Positions 11,655 to 24,900 are shown, counted from the stretch's first letter. The stretch is DNA of 64,000 nt from Squalus acanthias (GCA_030390025.1 JASTWF010000036.1:3288001-3352000); one strand, 5' to 3'. Notes: generated by a model from the letters alone, not told the origin. A program made the numbers and translations.

Positions 11655-12488
11655 GGGGGCGATTTTCCCAGCCCTGGGGAGGTGGGTTTGGAGGCAGGAC
11701 TGCTGGGAAAATGGCAGAATCTGGGAACGGGTACCCATCCCGCCTCCAACCCGCCTCCGTGCCATCTTCCCAGGAGGTGGGTACCTGACCCGCGCCGGGT
11801 CCCGTCTCCTCGAGGCGGGAAGGGGATTAGTGCCAATTAACAGGTAGTTAACAGGCAGTTTTTTGGCTAATCCCTATTTTGAGCCCTAAAGTGTGGGCTT
11901 CCCGACGGCTCCGAACCTCGCCAGGGTCAGTGAGGCGAGCCATGGGTCTGCGGGGGTCGGAGGGGCCGAAATGTCCAGTGTGTAGGTGAGTGATGAGTGC
12001 AAGTGTGGCGAGGTAAGTGTGTGAGGAGAGTGTAGAGTGTTTTAATAAGATTACTTACCTTTGCTTCTTCCTCCAGGCTTCATCCCATTAGGCTGCGGAG
12101 CTGCCTCATCTCACCGGCAGAGATGACAGAATGGCTGCTGTATTCTCCGATGCAACAGCCTTCTGCTTTCTGCTCAGGAAAGAGGTTTGGTGAGTCTTGA
12201 GTATAAGGACTCACCAAAGAACAGAGATTGTCAGTGTTTGACAGCTTCTCAAAGCTGTCAAACGATGACAATTCATCTGTCAAAAATTTTTGACAGATGA
12301 AACGTCATACGCTGACGTTCTCTGTCACCGGTTTTCCCTTAATTGGCCGGCTAAGCCCGCTGGGCGGGCTCAACAAGGTCAATCAAGGGAAAATAGCGTG
12401 GGTTGGCCGGACGTCGATGGAGGCGGGACTAAAACCCGACAAGCAGCAGTCCCGCCTCCATCACGTCGCCATTGATAAAATCACCCCC
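11655..12488. mobile_element. Non-autonomous PIF/Harbinger-like DNA transposon, family A copy 1
   Basis: TIRs gggggcgatttt / aaaatcaccccc; 3-bp TSD TAT (11652-11654 and 12489-12491); colinear with 14360-15190. Confidence 0.8.
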
Positions 12489-13295
12489 TATGCTTCTTAC
12501 AGAACTTCCTCAGATACAAACTCCAGCTACAAGAATGAGAAAAAAAATAGGGAATAAAAGGGGTCAGAGATCTATGAAGAAACCTCATTACCGTGTGGAA
12601 ATTCTTCCACGGCATTTTGGCTCATTGCTTCAAGTCTTCCTAAGCTTTTGACTGGATTTCCCAGTGAGGGGAGAAAAAGATGCGAGGCAGCAAGCTGAAA
12701 TGTCTCAAAAGATCCTCCACTCAGCAGTGAAGACAAAAACAATGGAGAGGACCAACATTGTGTGAAAATTGATGAAGCTGTGAGAGAATGTAAATTCCGT
12801 CAAAAAACAAGAAGTGTACAACTCTCTAAAAAGTCCCCTGAACTGCACCACGAGGAACACATCGGTTCCATATCCATTTATACTCCGATCCTTAGGGAAT
12901 CTCCAGATTTGGTATGTCTCTCCCTAATCTCTGTCGAAATAGCTCCAGGTTTGATATCTGTGATCCTTCACAGGTATGGCTTAATCTACAGGGTATGTCA
13001 ATGTATTGTGCACATCGATGGCTTCAGACCCGTGTAAAGGCTTCAACTTAATCCCGCCACAGAGAACTACCATCGGCACGAAGCCGACGATTTGTCTGCA
13101 GCACCTTTAAACACTTTGATGGCCTCCAGACACTGAACCTTCAATGCACAGAAACATACATATAAGGGATTATCAGGCCCTCGTCTGTTGTTCTCTAACT
13201 CAGTGAGGAACGCAGGTCTTGGGAATGCAGGCTGCAGATAAAATTAGCTTCAAAGTCAAGTCAATGTACGTGCATGCAAATACTATAAAGACGGA

Positions 13296-13460
13296 TAAAA
13301 GCTAGATAAACACATGAGGGAGAAAGGAATAGAAGGATATGGTGATAGGGTGAGATGAAGAGGGGTGGGAGGAGGCTCGTGTGGAGCATAAACACCGGCA
13401 CGGAGCAGTTGGGCCAAATGGCCTGTTTCTGTGCTGTACATGCTACGTAATTCTATGCAA
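13296..13460 (+). mobile_element. CR1-type 3' tail fragment
   Basis: ...gggccaaatggcctgtttctgtgctgtac...ttctatg tail; reverse copies at 20447-20672 and 44770-44915. Confidence 0.75.
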
Positions 13461-14359
13461 TATGTAATAATATTTGGCCTTTGTGCTCCGACACAGTAGA
13501 TAGAGAAGCTGGAAAGGAAAAAAAACAGTGGGCATCTCCTCACTGTTAACTGACTTTACAAGTTGAGATGTCATTTATAAGTCGGGGGGAAAAAAAATTA
13601 ACAAGCAGTCTTATGACCAGCACACAGTGAGATTTTGGTTTGGCGGTGAGCCCAGCACCTCTGCTGGGAAAAATCAGCAGCAATTTGGAAGTTAGTATAA
13701 TTTTCTGGAAAATAAGTGATTTATATACACGGCAGTGTTTAGGTCGCTACTGCGGGTACATGAGGCTGTTTAGTTAAACAAATAATAATCATCAGCCTCA
13801 GTTAAAAATCAACTGATATCCCGACTTTTGAAGTTGTCTACAGCCACTGCCTGTAAACTGGGTACAAATCCATCCCACTCAGCCTTAATGTACTGTAATT
13901 AACGACACCAATATATTTCATTCAAGCCCTATAATGTTCAAATAAGCTTTTCTTTCTGCCAGTTCTATTTTATTTTGCTTGATGCTGCAATGTTTGTTAT
14001 GTAGGCAAACACAGCAGTCATTTTGTGCACAGCAAGGTCCCACAAAACAACAAGGAGATGAATGAACACTCCCGTGAAACATGATGACCTCTGTGCTGCT
14101 GGAGATCCCGGGCAAGGGGGAGAAGTCATCTGTGACAGGAAACCATCAAGGTTGAAGATGGAGATATTCTGGAGTTCACTTGAATATCATTGGGGATCGG
14201 GGAGTATTTCTGCAGAACTTTCCCTCAGATTGAATAGATGGAGTAGAATCCATGATAGCGCCCAATGGATTGAAGGAGGACACTCGATCGGCTTCATGGT
14301 CTTTTCTTGTTCCATGCTTTATGTTCTAATGCCGGGGGCTACAAGTGTACAAATACTTT

Positions 14360-15190
14360 GGGCAGAATTTTCATTGAGCCGTGGAGGAGGGACTAGATTG
14401 AAAATAGCTGAATCGGGGGTCCCGACCCCATCCCGCCCCCAACCCGCCTCCATGCCAGTTTCGCTGGAGGCGGGTACCCGACCTGTGCTGGGACCCGCCT
14501 CCCCGAGGCGGGAAGGGGATTAGTGGCAATAAGCTGCCTGTTAACAGGTAGTTAACAGGCAGTTTTCTGCCTAATCCCTATTTTTATGCCTGAAATGTGG
14601 GCTCTCCGACAGGTCCCAACCACGCCGTTTCAGCAAGGCGGACCGTGGGTCTGCAGGGGTTGGAGGGGTCGATATGTCCGGTGGGCAGGTGAGTGATGGG
14701 TGCATGTGTGCAGAGGTAAGTGTGTAAGGTAAGTGTAAAGTGTGGAAAAAAGTTTTACTTACCTTAACCTCCTCCTGCAGGTGTCAGCCCTTCAGGTCTC
14801 AGGAGTCAGAAATCTCACCGGCACAGAAAGCAGAATGGCTGTTGAGCTGTCAAAAGCTGCAGCCTCTGCTTTTTGTTCTGCAGAGATCTCTAAATCAGCC
14901 TGAGAGGAAGGAATTAACTTAGAGTACAGATTGTCAGTGTTTGACAGCTTTAAAGAGCTGTCAAACGCTGATATTTCATCTGTCAAAAGCTCTTGACAGA
15001 TGAAATGTCAATCTGTGACGTCACCTGTTGCCGGGTGGCCCTTAATTGGCCTGCTGAGCCCGCTGGGCGGGTTCAACAAGGTCAATCAAGTGAAAATACA
15101 ATGGGTTGGCCACAAGTCGATGGAGGCGGGACTACAACCCAAAAAGTGGGAGTCCCGCCTCCATCCCGTCCCCGTTTCAAAATCCAGCCC
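14360..15190. mobile_element. Non-autonomous PIF/Harbinger-like DNA transposon, family A copy 2
   Basis: Imperfect TIRs gggcagaatttt / aaaatccagccc; TSD TTT (14357-14359 and 15191-15193); homologous to 11655-12488. Confidence 0.78.
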
Positions 15191-15501
15191 TTTGTGTTTG
15201 TCCTCCAGTTATTTAATACCTCTGCTGAAATAACTGACAGAATATCAGCTGAATGTGCTAAGTCTTCATACATTAATATCCCACAGCGTACTTTCAGGGC
15301 CACTGTCCTGAAAGTGGTTGTTTTCGTATCTTCACACTCTTCCCTTGGAGAACAGTGTGAAGTAGTGGAACGATTCGCAGGCTGATTAACAGTCCGACTG
15401 GAACACTCCTTCCATGGCTGTAACTATCTTTATAACCACCCGATATTGTGGTTAGTCCGATACGGCACAATCCATACGATGGCGGGGGCGGGAGCACCCA
15501 T

Positions 15502-16010
15502 AACAACAACAACAACAACTTGTATTTATATAGCGCCTTTAACATAGTAAAACGTCCCAAGGCGCTGCACAGGAGTATTGTAAGACAAAAAATTTGACAC
15601 CGATCCACATAAGGATAAATTAGGGCAGGTGACCAAAAGCTTGGTCAAAGAGGTAGGTTTTAAGGAGCGTCTTAAAGGAGGAGAGAGAGGTAGCGAGGCG
15701 GAGAGGTTTAGGCAGGGAATTCCAGAGCTTAGGACCGAGGCAACAGAAGGCACGGCCGCCAATGGTGGAGCGATTATAATCAGGGATCCTCAAGAGGGCA
15801 GAATTAGAGGAGCGCAGATATCTCGGGGGGATTGTGGGGCTGAAGGAGATTACAGAGATAGGGAAGGCGAGGCCATGGAGGGATTTTAAAACAAGGATGA
15901 GAATTTTGAAATCGAGGCGTTGCTTAACCGGGAGCCAATGTAGGTCAGCGAGCACAGGAGTGATGGGCGAACGGGACTTGGTGCGGGTTAGGACACGGGC
16001 AGCCGTGTTA
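15502..16010 (-). mobile_element. L2 LINE 3' ORF2 end and tail
   Basis: NTAARVLTRTKSRSPITPVLADLHWLPVKQRLDFKIL...GGRAF...LWNSLP...SFKTLLKTYLF is the typical L2 C-terminus; (aac)n tail. Confidence 0.9.
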
Positions 16011-16344
16011 ACCACCGGACGCGAGGATCCGCTGGATGTCAACCCAGAATTCAGAGCTGGAGCTCCAGGCTCCACTTGCTGGGACTGTCTGGAGCGGGGT
16101 TCAAACCTGCACCTTCTGGTTCCAAGGTGGAAACACTACCACTAATCCAAAGGCTCACTCCACCCTTAAATCATCAACTGGCACCATTGAGCTTTGTTGG
16201 GTTCTATTACCAGAATTAGGAATCAGGCAATTGAATTTGTAAGTGTGGTTTTGGGCTCCCCCAGTCGTACAGGTGGTCTTGAGAAAGCAGCACCACACCA
16301 ACCTTACTGGAGTCTTAGTTTTACCTGTCTACACAAACAAGTTT

Positions 16345-16686
16345 GGAAAGAAGTAGATAGAGAGAAACTATTTCCTCTGGTGGGGGAGTCCAGAACAAAG
16401 GGGCGTAACCTTAGAATTAGAGCCAAGCCATTCAGGGGTGACGTCAGGAAGCACTTCTTCACACAAAGGGTAGTGGAAATCTGGAACTCTCTCCCCCAAA
16501 AAGCTATTGAGGCTGGGGGTCAATTGAAAATTTCAAAATTGAGATTGATAGATTTATGTTGGGTAAGGGTATTAAGGGTTATGAAAAAAGGCTGGTAGAA
16601 GGAGTCAAGATACAGATCAGCCATGATCTGATTGAATGGCGGAACAGGATCGAGGGGTTGAATGGCCTCCTCCTGTTTCTATGTTC
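16345..16686 (+). mobile_element. CR1 3' fragment
   Basis: DREKLFPLVGESRTKG...FFTQRVVEIWNSLPQK plus 3' UTR. Confidence 0.88.
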
Positions 16687-18559
16687 ACAAGACCATATTT
16701 TCTAAACTTTCATTTGCAGTGGGAGTGAACCCGATGATTAGTGGAACGGGGAGGGTCTGGCACATGGCAAAGGGTGGGGATGCAGTGGCCAGAGCTTGGG
16801 AATGATTGGTCAGCAGGTTTGGAACTCACCGTAGAGTACGCCATCAGGTCACACTGGCATACGTCCAAATTGAAACTGACCTCCAAAGTAGGCATTGGTC
16901 ACCTTGGCACAATTTCAGCACTCAAGATTCAGGCTGGTAATATTGCCCAACTATAGCTGGATTGCGAATGAATTCTGAGCCAATCTGACCTCTGCGCACC
17001 AGTCGGACTGGAACACATGTCCTGCCATTCCCGTCTCCACCCAACGGAGCAAAAGGTCATTGGGTCATCAGCTACAGTGCCAAAGGGCCATGAGAGAAGG
17101 TCATGCTACTGGGAGGACAGAATGTGTAGCCTTTGATGCTTCATCCAGTGAAGAGCAATCCAGCGAAAGCCCATGCTGAGTAAATTATACACCACTTTGG
17201 AGAAATAATACAGGGAAGTGATGGTGCAATGACGCTACATTCTGGGAAGTAGTGAGCTAAGAAAATAAATGGAGTGCTGTGGGTATAATTGCTGAGCAGA
17301 AATGAATGCATTACATCAGTAACCTTGTGCGACTGTTGTCTTGCAATTTACCACTCTTGAAGATGTGCATTTTACGGACGCTACAGGTGAAACTTATTTC
17401 CTTACGCTTAACTTGACTGGAAAAAAGTGCCATTTCAAAACAAACCCTTCTTACAGGTGGAATTCAGGAGTGGGCGACAGTGTAACACGATAATGTCGTG
17501 GTTTATTCGAGGTGGGTTTCGACGATCCAGCTCGCACGATAGGGTGCGGGACCTCGCTAGACAGGAGCACCGATCAGACAATCAGACGCTGAGGTCAACG
17601 TCCCTGATTCCAGGGCTCCTAATTTTCCGGCAATCCATTTTAAAATTGGGAACACTGCCAATCAGGTCCAGCGACTTCTCTTCCCCACGTCCCCGCACCC
17701 TTTATGTTGGTTGAAGTGCGATCACTTCAAGGTCATTTCTGCACCACCGTCTTGGGCCTTCATTAGCTGTAGCCAAGGTCACGCAAGGTGGGAGAGGGCC
17801 CATAATAAGAGTTATGAACAAGTGCCAACTGAGTCAGAAGGTTGTGGGTTCAAGTCCCACTTCAGAGACTCGAGCACAAAATCTAGCCTTTCAAATTTAT
17901 TTTTGGGTTCACTCATGGGCCAGGAGGAGCAGGAGTGCTCCTCCGGGCTTCATAAGGAAGCCTTGGGCCTCCTTTACCCCGGGCTTCGCCCCCCCCCCCC
18001 CCCTCACCTGATTACCTTCGCCCCCCGACCTCCAACCCCTCACCTGACTGTGGGGATCAATCCTGCGGGTCCCTGGCCCGCAATTTTCCACTCCTGCCAG
18101 CCAGGTTCTGCATCTGACCGGATTCGGGCGGGACTCCGATTAAATTTAGGGTAATGAGGCCCGACTGTTACGATCGGCCGGTCCTCCTCGGCCCTGGACT
18201 CCCCAGGTGCGCCGCCCACTTCGGGGTTCGCACGCACCGTACCCGTCTCCCCTTTCAAATCAGGGCCTATGAGTGATAATAATAATCGACGTAGGTCTTG
18301 GTCAACTCAGAGTACAGGCGCTGGCTGAGTCGGGTCAATTCATGTTGAAAGCGGATGGTGGCGTTCGCAAATTAGCGTGCAAATCCTGCACTTTTTTGGA
18401 AAGCTGAACTAGGGCGAAAAACAGGAGGTGCGAGCCAAAATGTCCGGAGATAATCCCAGTTCAACAAATGACAGACACAAGGAGAAACACACACACATAG
18501 ATTACTGGGACAAACTCTCCCAGCTTGTTCAGAAAAGGGTACACTATGGGGCAAAGTAT

Positions 18560-19058
18560 ACAACAACAGCTTGCATTCATATAAAATTATGAGGGGCCAA
18601 GATAAAGTGGATAGAAATGACCTGTTTCCCTTAGCAGAGGGGTCAAAAACCAGGGGGCACAGATTTAAAGTAATTGGGGGAAGGTTTAGAGGGGATTTGA
18701 GGGGAAAGGGTGGTAGAGGCAGGAACCCTAACCACATTTAAAAAGTGCTTGGATGTGCACTTGGGATGCTCTAACCTGCAGGGCTACGGACCAAGAGCTG
18801 GGAAGTGGGATTAGGCTGGATAGCTCTTTGTTGGTCGGCGCGGACACGATGGGCTGAAATGGCCTCCTTCCGTGCTGTAACTTTCTATGATTCTATGATA
18901 TAGCGCCTTTAACCTAGAAAAATGTCCCAGGCACTCCACAGAAGCATACGCAGACAAAAATCGACATCGAGCCAAAGAAGGAGATATTAGGAGGGGTGAC
19001 CAAAAGCTTGGGCAAAGAGGTGGGTTTTAAGCAGGGTCCCAAAGGAGAAGAGAGAGGT
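18560..19058. mobile_element. L2 3' end (-) interrupted by a CR1 3' fragment (+, about 18580-18900)
   Basis: The L2 tail ttgcattcatata|...|tatagcgcctttaac is split by CR1 sequence ending ttctatgattctatga. Confidence 0.82.
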
Positions 19059-20311
19059 GCTCCCAAATACATCTACCAGTGAGAACGATTAGTGTTTAGA
19101 CCAGGAGTTAATGATGTGACATTTTTAATTCAGTAAAAATTGGGTAAAAATAGACCACTACAGAAAAGAGCGGAGCAGCAATCCAAGGCTTTCAGGCTCG
19201 GTACATTCTGATATGTGACAAATAAAGAGCTCAGTCATGAGGATAAGCCAACCCAGCGGGGAATGTATCCTGAATCGGACCCTAAAGTGGACAATCACTG
19301 AACAGGACACATCAGGACTCTGAGCAGAGGACACAACAACAACAAATACAATTTGCATTTATATAGCGCCTTTGACCTATTTAAAACGTCCCAAGGCGCT
19401 TCAACAGGAGTGTTACCAAACAAAATTTGACACATCGCCAACCCGAGCCTCAAGAGACACGTTAGTCTCAGTCAAATTGGGAATACTCATGAACCTCGGA
19501 AGGGGCAGCGCTTGGTGGCATTTATAATCTGGAAGTTAAATATTCTTGCCCTCTATTCACTACTCACTACTCACCAGTCCAGTCAGACTAGAATCAGCTG
19601 TGCTTTTCAAGTTTTTCACGGGATTAACTGAACTCACTGTCATAATGGAATTTCATGGTGATCTGTCATTTTTGAAATGTTTCAAATACCGAGCATTAAC
19701 TCGTTTTACAGTGGGGAGCCAAGTACTCTCCTCCACATTTTCCATGTGAAAACTAATTGGACTGCAGTGATCCATGAGGACTGAAGGCACCCAGTGAATC
19801 GGCTGAGTGCGTGAATTGTGTCACGGTAAACCGAAGGGACAATATTTTAGCCCAAGTGCCGTTCACCTCATGCAAACAGCACAAGAGGAAGGGTATGGAT
19901 GGAAATGCAAAGATCTGTTAATGGTAGGAAGGAAGCCTCTGCTGGGCTCCAAAAAGATATGAGTGTGCAAAGAACATTTAAAGATAGATTTCATGGTGGA
20001 TGCACCACTATGACACAAGAATGGTGATTCCTCACTTCCAGTGTGGAGCTGTGATCGCAACGAGTGAGAGTCAGAGAATTCGGAGCAAGGATATTTTAGC
20101 CCCATCTCTGGTTCATTTCCTGAGCACCTAACTGGAGGCTTGCCTAGATCTCAAGGTCAAGGTGGACACTCTCAAAGGTGTAGGGAGTTGGGACTTGTCC
20201 ACGAGAATGATCAAGGATACAAGAGGCGAAATAATCTAGAGTAAGAGTAGAAAAATTGTAACACCCCACTTAGGGAGATGCTGAGAAGAGACAAGCACTG
20301 GCCCACTCCTC

Positions 20312-20434
20312 TGATGCGGAGATGCCGGTGTTGGACTGGGGTGGACAAAAATGAGAAGTCGCACAACACCAGGCTATAGTCCAACAGTTTTATTTGAAAT
20401 TATGAGCTTTTGGAGCTCTGCTCCTTCATCAGGT
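20312..20434 (-). mobile_element. Penelope pseudo-LTR fragment with a degenerate hammerhead
   Basis: Near-identical to the left arm of 4225-4437. The minus strand has cctgatgaaggagcagagctcc-AAAA, so the GAAA core is mutated. Confidence 0.8.
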
Positions 20435-20446
20435 ACAGTGAGGCCT

Positions 20447-20672
20447 CATGGAATTTACAACACAGAAACAGGCCATTCGGCCCAACTGGTCCATGCTAGT
20501 GTTTATGCTCCACACGAGCCTCCTCCCACCCTACTTCATCTCAACCTATCAGCATATCCATCTATTCCTTTCTCCCACATGTACTTCCCTTTAAATGCAA
20601 CTATACTATTCGCCTCAACCACTCCCTGTGGTAGCGAGTTCCACAATCCAACCACTCTGTGGGTGAAGAAGT
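20447..20672 (-). mobile_element. CR1 3' fragment
   Basis: FFTHRVVGLWNSLPQGVVEA on the minus strand plus tail. Confidence 0.82.
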
Positions 20673-21499
20673 GATTAGATATGGGTTCCTTATGGCCTGC
20701 TAAACAGTGGATACGGCAAATACCTGGGATTGCTCGTCTTCCAAGCTGGAGGAAGGAGGACAACACAGAGAGAGACTACAAGAGCGAGATGAAAAGAATG
20801 AAAAAGAATGAAAAATTACATTGTCCAACTTCCTCACAAATCTGATTGCAATCAGTTGCTTCTAAAGGGCAACCGTGTTGATGCATAGAGGCACATATTT
20901 CACTATTAATGCAAATGTCCAAAAGAAGCTGTCATCTTAAGACTTTTTCTCCTTCCTCTCATCCCCCAACGGGTTTGTATTCAGTTCAGGGCAGATTGTC
21001 AGAATGACTGAAACATAATGCAGCCCTGTCCCCCAGGCCTGAGTGTTTCTCCCAATCGGTTTGTGTAACAGGCTGTATTAAATGTCCTGTTCGACGTGCG
21101 TGCAGATTTTGCCTTCTCAGCTGAAGCCAACATGAGATCAGCATCTGCCCTTTATACCAACCTGATTTGAGCCTCATGCACTCCAGCTTCCAGCAGCACC
21201 AAGGGGAAAAGGTCACACACAAAAAAGGAAATCCCATGATAAATATGACTGAGGAAGATGACGCAGCTCATCTCAGCACATCCATCCAGAACAGAACTGC
21301 AAGGCCAGAGATCTTTCAGTCAGAATTGATAAGTCCCTGTTCACACAACTAGCCGAGTGGCACTGGAGCATGCAGATACCTGTGTGTCAGCAGGTTGTGG
21401 GTTCAAGTACCACTCCACTAAACGAGAAGGTATAGTCATTTACGACAGTTCTCCACCTCGCTAAAACTGAACTTGAGAAACTAAATAAACTCACACTTA

Positions 21500-22873
21500 A
21501 AACATAAGGACATAAGAAATAGGAGCAGGAGTAGGCCATTTGGCCCCTCAAGCCGGCTCCGCCATTCAATAATTCATGTCTGATCTTCTACCTCATCTCC
21601 ACTTTCCTGCACTATCCCCATATCCCTTGATTCCCTTAGAGTCCAAAAATCTATCGATCTCTGTCTTGAATATACTCAACGACTGAGCCTCCACAGCCCT
21701 CTGGGGTAGAGAATTCCAAAGATTCACCACCCTCTGAGTGAAGAAATTTCTCCTCATTGCAGCCCTAAATGGCCGACCCCTTATTCTGAGACTGTGACCC
21801 CTGGTTCTAGACTCCCCAGCCAGGAGAAACATCCTCCCTGCATCTACCCTGTCCAGCCCTGTAAGAATTTTGTATGTTTCAATGAGATCACCTCTTATTC
21901 TTCGAAACTCTAGAGACTATGGGGGAAAAATTCAGTTGGTTGCGCCTCCCGTTAGCGCCTTAAGAGGGCGCTAATGGGGCGCAAAGCAGCTAGCGCCTGG
22001 GCGCGGCGAAGTTTGCGCCGCTCGCGAAATTAACTAGACATTTTGCGGCGGCGCTAAACACTACCGCCACGATCTCCTGCGCCGGCAGATTGTGACGTCA
22101 GACGAGTGTGCAACGCCCCGGTATCGCCCCGGAGTGGATATTGAGTGGCGCCCCCTGCCTTACCGCCTGACGCTAGCAACGACAGGTTGATAGGAGCGTT
22201 CTTCTGTCATGAAGGGAAAGGGGGAGCGCTATTTAAAGGTGACCGCTTCCTGCCTTTTATTGTTGGTGCCATTTTTGAACTACGCATTCTGAGAGAGAGT
22301 GAGAGAGACTTCTGGAGAGATTCAACGTTGTGTGAAGGAGTTTTGGGTACTGAGCAGCACTTTGCAGGTTCATTTTGATTTGCCATTCCTTGTATCGATT
22401 TAGAAGAGACTGTGGGGGCTGCACTCTGAGCTCTTTGCCTGGTACTCTCCATTGTTCTTTCCAGCAGATTTGATGTGCAGGTCTCTTTCAGGCCGAGATT
22501 CAAGGCTGCAATGAGCAGGATGTGGATGGAAAGCAAGATCAACCATCCCCTTTAAGAACTGGCCCGTGCCATTGTGTGTGTGTTCCATTGCTGACTGACA
22601 TTACATGAGCTTCGCCAGCGCTCTGAGTTAGCGCCTCACTCCTCGGCCTTTGCGCATTAAGACAGGTGTGCAGCGCCTGATTTAGCACTCCAATCACCTC
22701 CCAGGGCGTTAAAAGTGAAGTTTCCAGTCAGTGGCGATAATTAGCGCCAGGCGCTAATCTTTGCGCCCGGACGATATTTGCGCCCCAAACGGGGCGCGAC
22801 TGAATTTTTCCCCCTATAGGCCTAGTCTACTCAATCTCTCCTCATAGGACAATCCCCCCATTCCAGGAACCAG
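21500..22873 (-). mobile_element. CR1 3' fragment interrupted by a family-B element
   Basis: ORF 21593..21832(-) is CR1 C-terminus. CR1 sequence resumes at 22815 (tataggcctagtctactc), colinear with the uninterrupted copy at 59650-60112. Confidence 0.88.
21921..22814. mobile_element. Non-autonomous PIF/Harbinger-like DNA transposon, family B copy 1
   Basis: Perfect 16-bp TIR gggggaaaaattcagt. TSD TAT (21918-21920 and 22815-22817) is supported by the empty CR1 site in the 59650-60112 copy. Confidence 0.87.
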
Positions 22874-22998
22874 GAATCACCTCTTGACAACCTCTTATTT
22901 CCTGTTATACCCATGCCAACTCACTATTACCCATCCCAAGAACCTTAGATGTAACTTTAACTTTAGGCTATGTTAACGCTCTTCCCCAGTTTGGAGTA

Positions 22999-23402
22999 CC
23001 TCTGAGTCAGAAGGTTGTGGGTTCAAGTCCCACTCCAGAGACTTGAGCACACAATCTAGGCTGGCACTCCCTCAGTACTGCACTGTCGAAGGTGCCGTCT
23101 TTCTGGATGAGACGTTAAAGCGAGACCTCAACTCCCCGTTCAGGATCCGATTTGCAGAAAAACAGGAGCTCTCCCAGTGTCCTGACTGGCATTCCTTCCT
23201 CAACCAACACCAAAAAAAGATTAATTAGTTATTCATCTCATTGCTGTTTGTGGGACTTGGCTGTGTGCAAATTGGCTGCCGCATTTGTTGGCATAACAAC
23301 AGTGACGATACCTCAAAGTGAATTCATTAGCTGTGAAGCGCTTTGGGAGATCCTGAAGATGTTAAAGGGTTTATATACAGGTAGGTTCTCTCCTTCTTTC
23401 TT
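22999..23402 (+). mobile_element. Deu-domain SINE copy (diverged)
   Basis: Box B ggttcaagtcc and homology to 5832-6303. Confidence 0.8.
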
Positions 23403-23496
23403 CGTGTTATTAAATAATTGATTTAAAGTGGTGATTTCCCCTTGAAGTAGCTGAGCAGCAAAAAATTGCAAAAGTCAAAGGCGTTCCACTGTCAAT

Positions 23497-24085
23497 AGAA
23501 ATCAGAGAAGGAATAGGATTAGGCCATTCAGCCCCTCGAGCCTGTTCCACCATTCATATAGATCGTGGCTGATCTGTATCTTAACTCCGTCTACCAGCCT
23601 TGGTTCTGTAACCCTTAATACCCTTACCCAACAAAAATCTATCAATCTCAGTTTTGAAATTTTTCAATTGACCCCCAGCTTCAACATCTTTTTGGGGGAG
23701 AGAGGTCCAGATTTCCACCCACCTTTGTGTGAAGAAGTGCTTCCTGACATCACCTCTGAACGGCCTGGCTCTAATTTTAAGGTTATGCCCCCTTGTTCTG
23801 GACTCCCCCCACCAGAGGAAATAGTTTCTCTCGATCTACCCTATCAATTCCTTTCATCATCTTAAACACCTCGATTAGATCACCCCTTAATCTTCTACAC
23901 TCGAGGGAATACAAGCCTAGTCTGTGCAACCTGTTCTCATAATTTCACCCTTTTAGCCCTGGGTATCATTCTGGTGAATCTGCACTGCTCCCCCTCCAAG
24001 GCCAGTATATCCTTCCTGAGGTGCCTGCTCAGAACTAAATGCAGTGTCCAGATGGGCTCTGACCAGAGCTTTATATAACTGTGCA
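23497..24085 (-). mobile_element. CR1 3' fragment
   Basis: Reverse complement of the 16345-16686 type, extending further into ORF2. Confidence 0.85.
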
Positions 24086-24639
24086 ACATGTATATACTGG
24101 ACCCACAAATTACACAACAGTTAACCTCTTTGCGAATACTGCATTGAAGACCTTCATCTTCCTCAAGTGTGAGTGACCTCAGTTAGTAGTTAAAATAAAT
24201 AGTGATGGAGTCAGACCCTTAGAATACTTCAGAGGATTAAACACTTCAACAACATACACTTAGAGGAAGCTAGCACCAGCTGAATATTGTCTGTGATACA
24301 ATTCTTCTGATCTTATAGACAGGCAGTACTCTCCAGGAGTACCCTTTATAAGAATACCTCATACCATGGTTCATTAGACTTGGAAGGACAAGTGCCAGCT
24401 TCTCAGTTAGCTGGCGGTTCCTGCCCAATTGCCATGGCTGGGATCGATGGAAACTATTCTGGTCGGCTGCATGGCAAGGGGAGGGGGAGGGGATAAGACA
24501 GGATTGATATTAAAGCTGAACGAAATCAAGAATCGACCACCGTGTGTCTCATCTCCACTCCCTCCCCACAAATGTACAGCATCACACTTCATTTCCACCA
24601 CCCCCACCCCCTATCTCCAGCAGCCCTTCAGAACCGCGT

Positions 24640-24900
24640 AGTGAGTGCCGGCAAGCTATTCAACCGTGGAAGGACATCGCAGCCCAGACCTGGAATTCAC
24701 AGACATGCACTTCCATGCAGGGACCATTGGGCGGCAGTGAGGGGTGGGAACCCTGGCTGGTATTTCTCCTCCTTCGCCCAGCCGTGCTGAAGCCACTTGC
24801 AGTGGCCCAACCATCTGAACTCCCACTCAACAAATCCCTCACCACAGCTGCAGACGGCAGATAAAGCAGCCGGATTACAAAACTGACCGAGACCTTCTAT
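24640..24900 (-). mobile_element. SINE-like family B
   Basis: gtgagtgccggcaagctattcaacc...ggaaccctggctgg blocks shared with other copies. Confidence 0.55.

Noticed and set aside
16710..16895. SFNLDV as possible integrin exon 1
   Set aside because: No hydrophobic signal peptide before it and no GSxFGFS motif after it.
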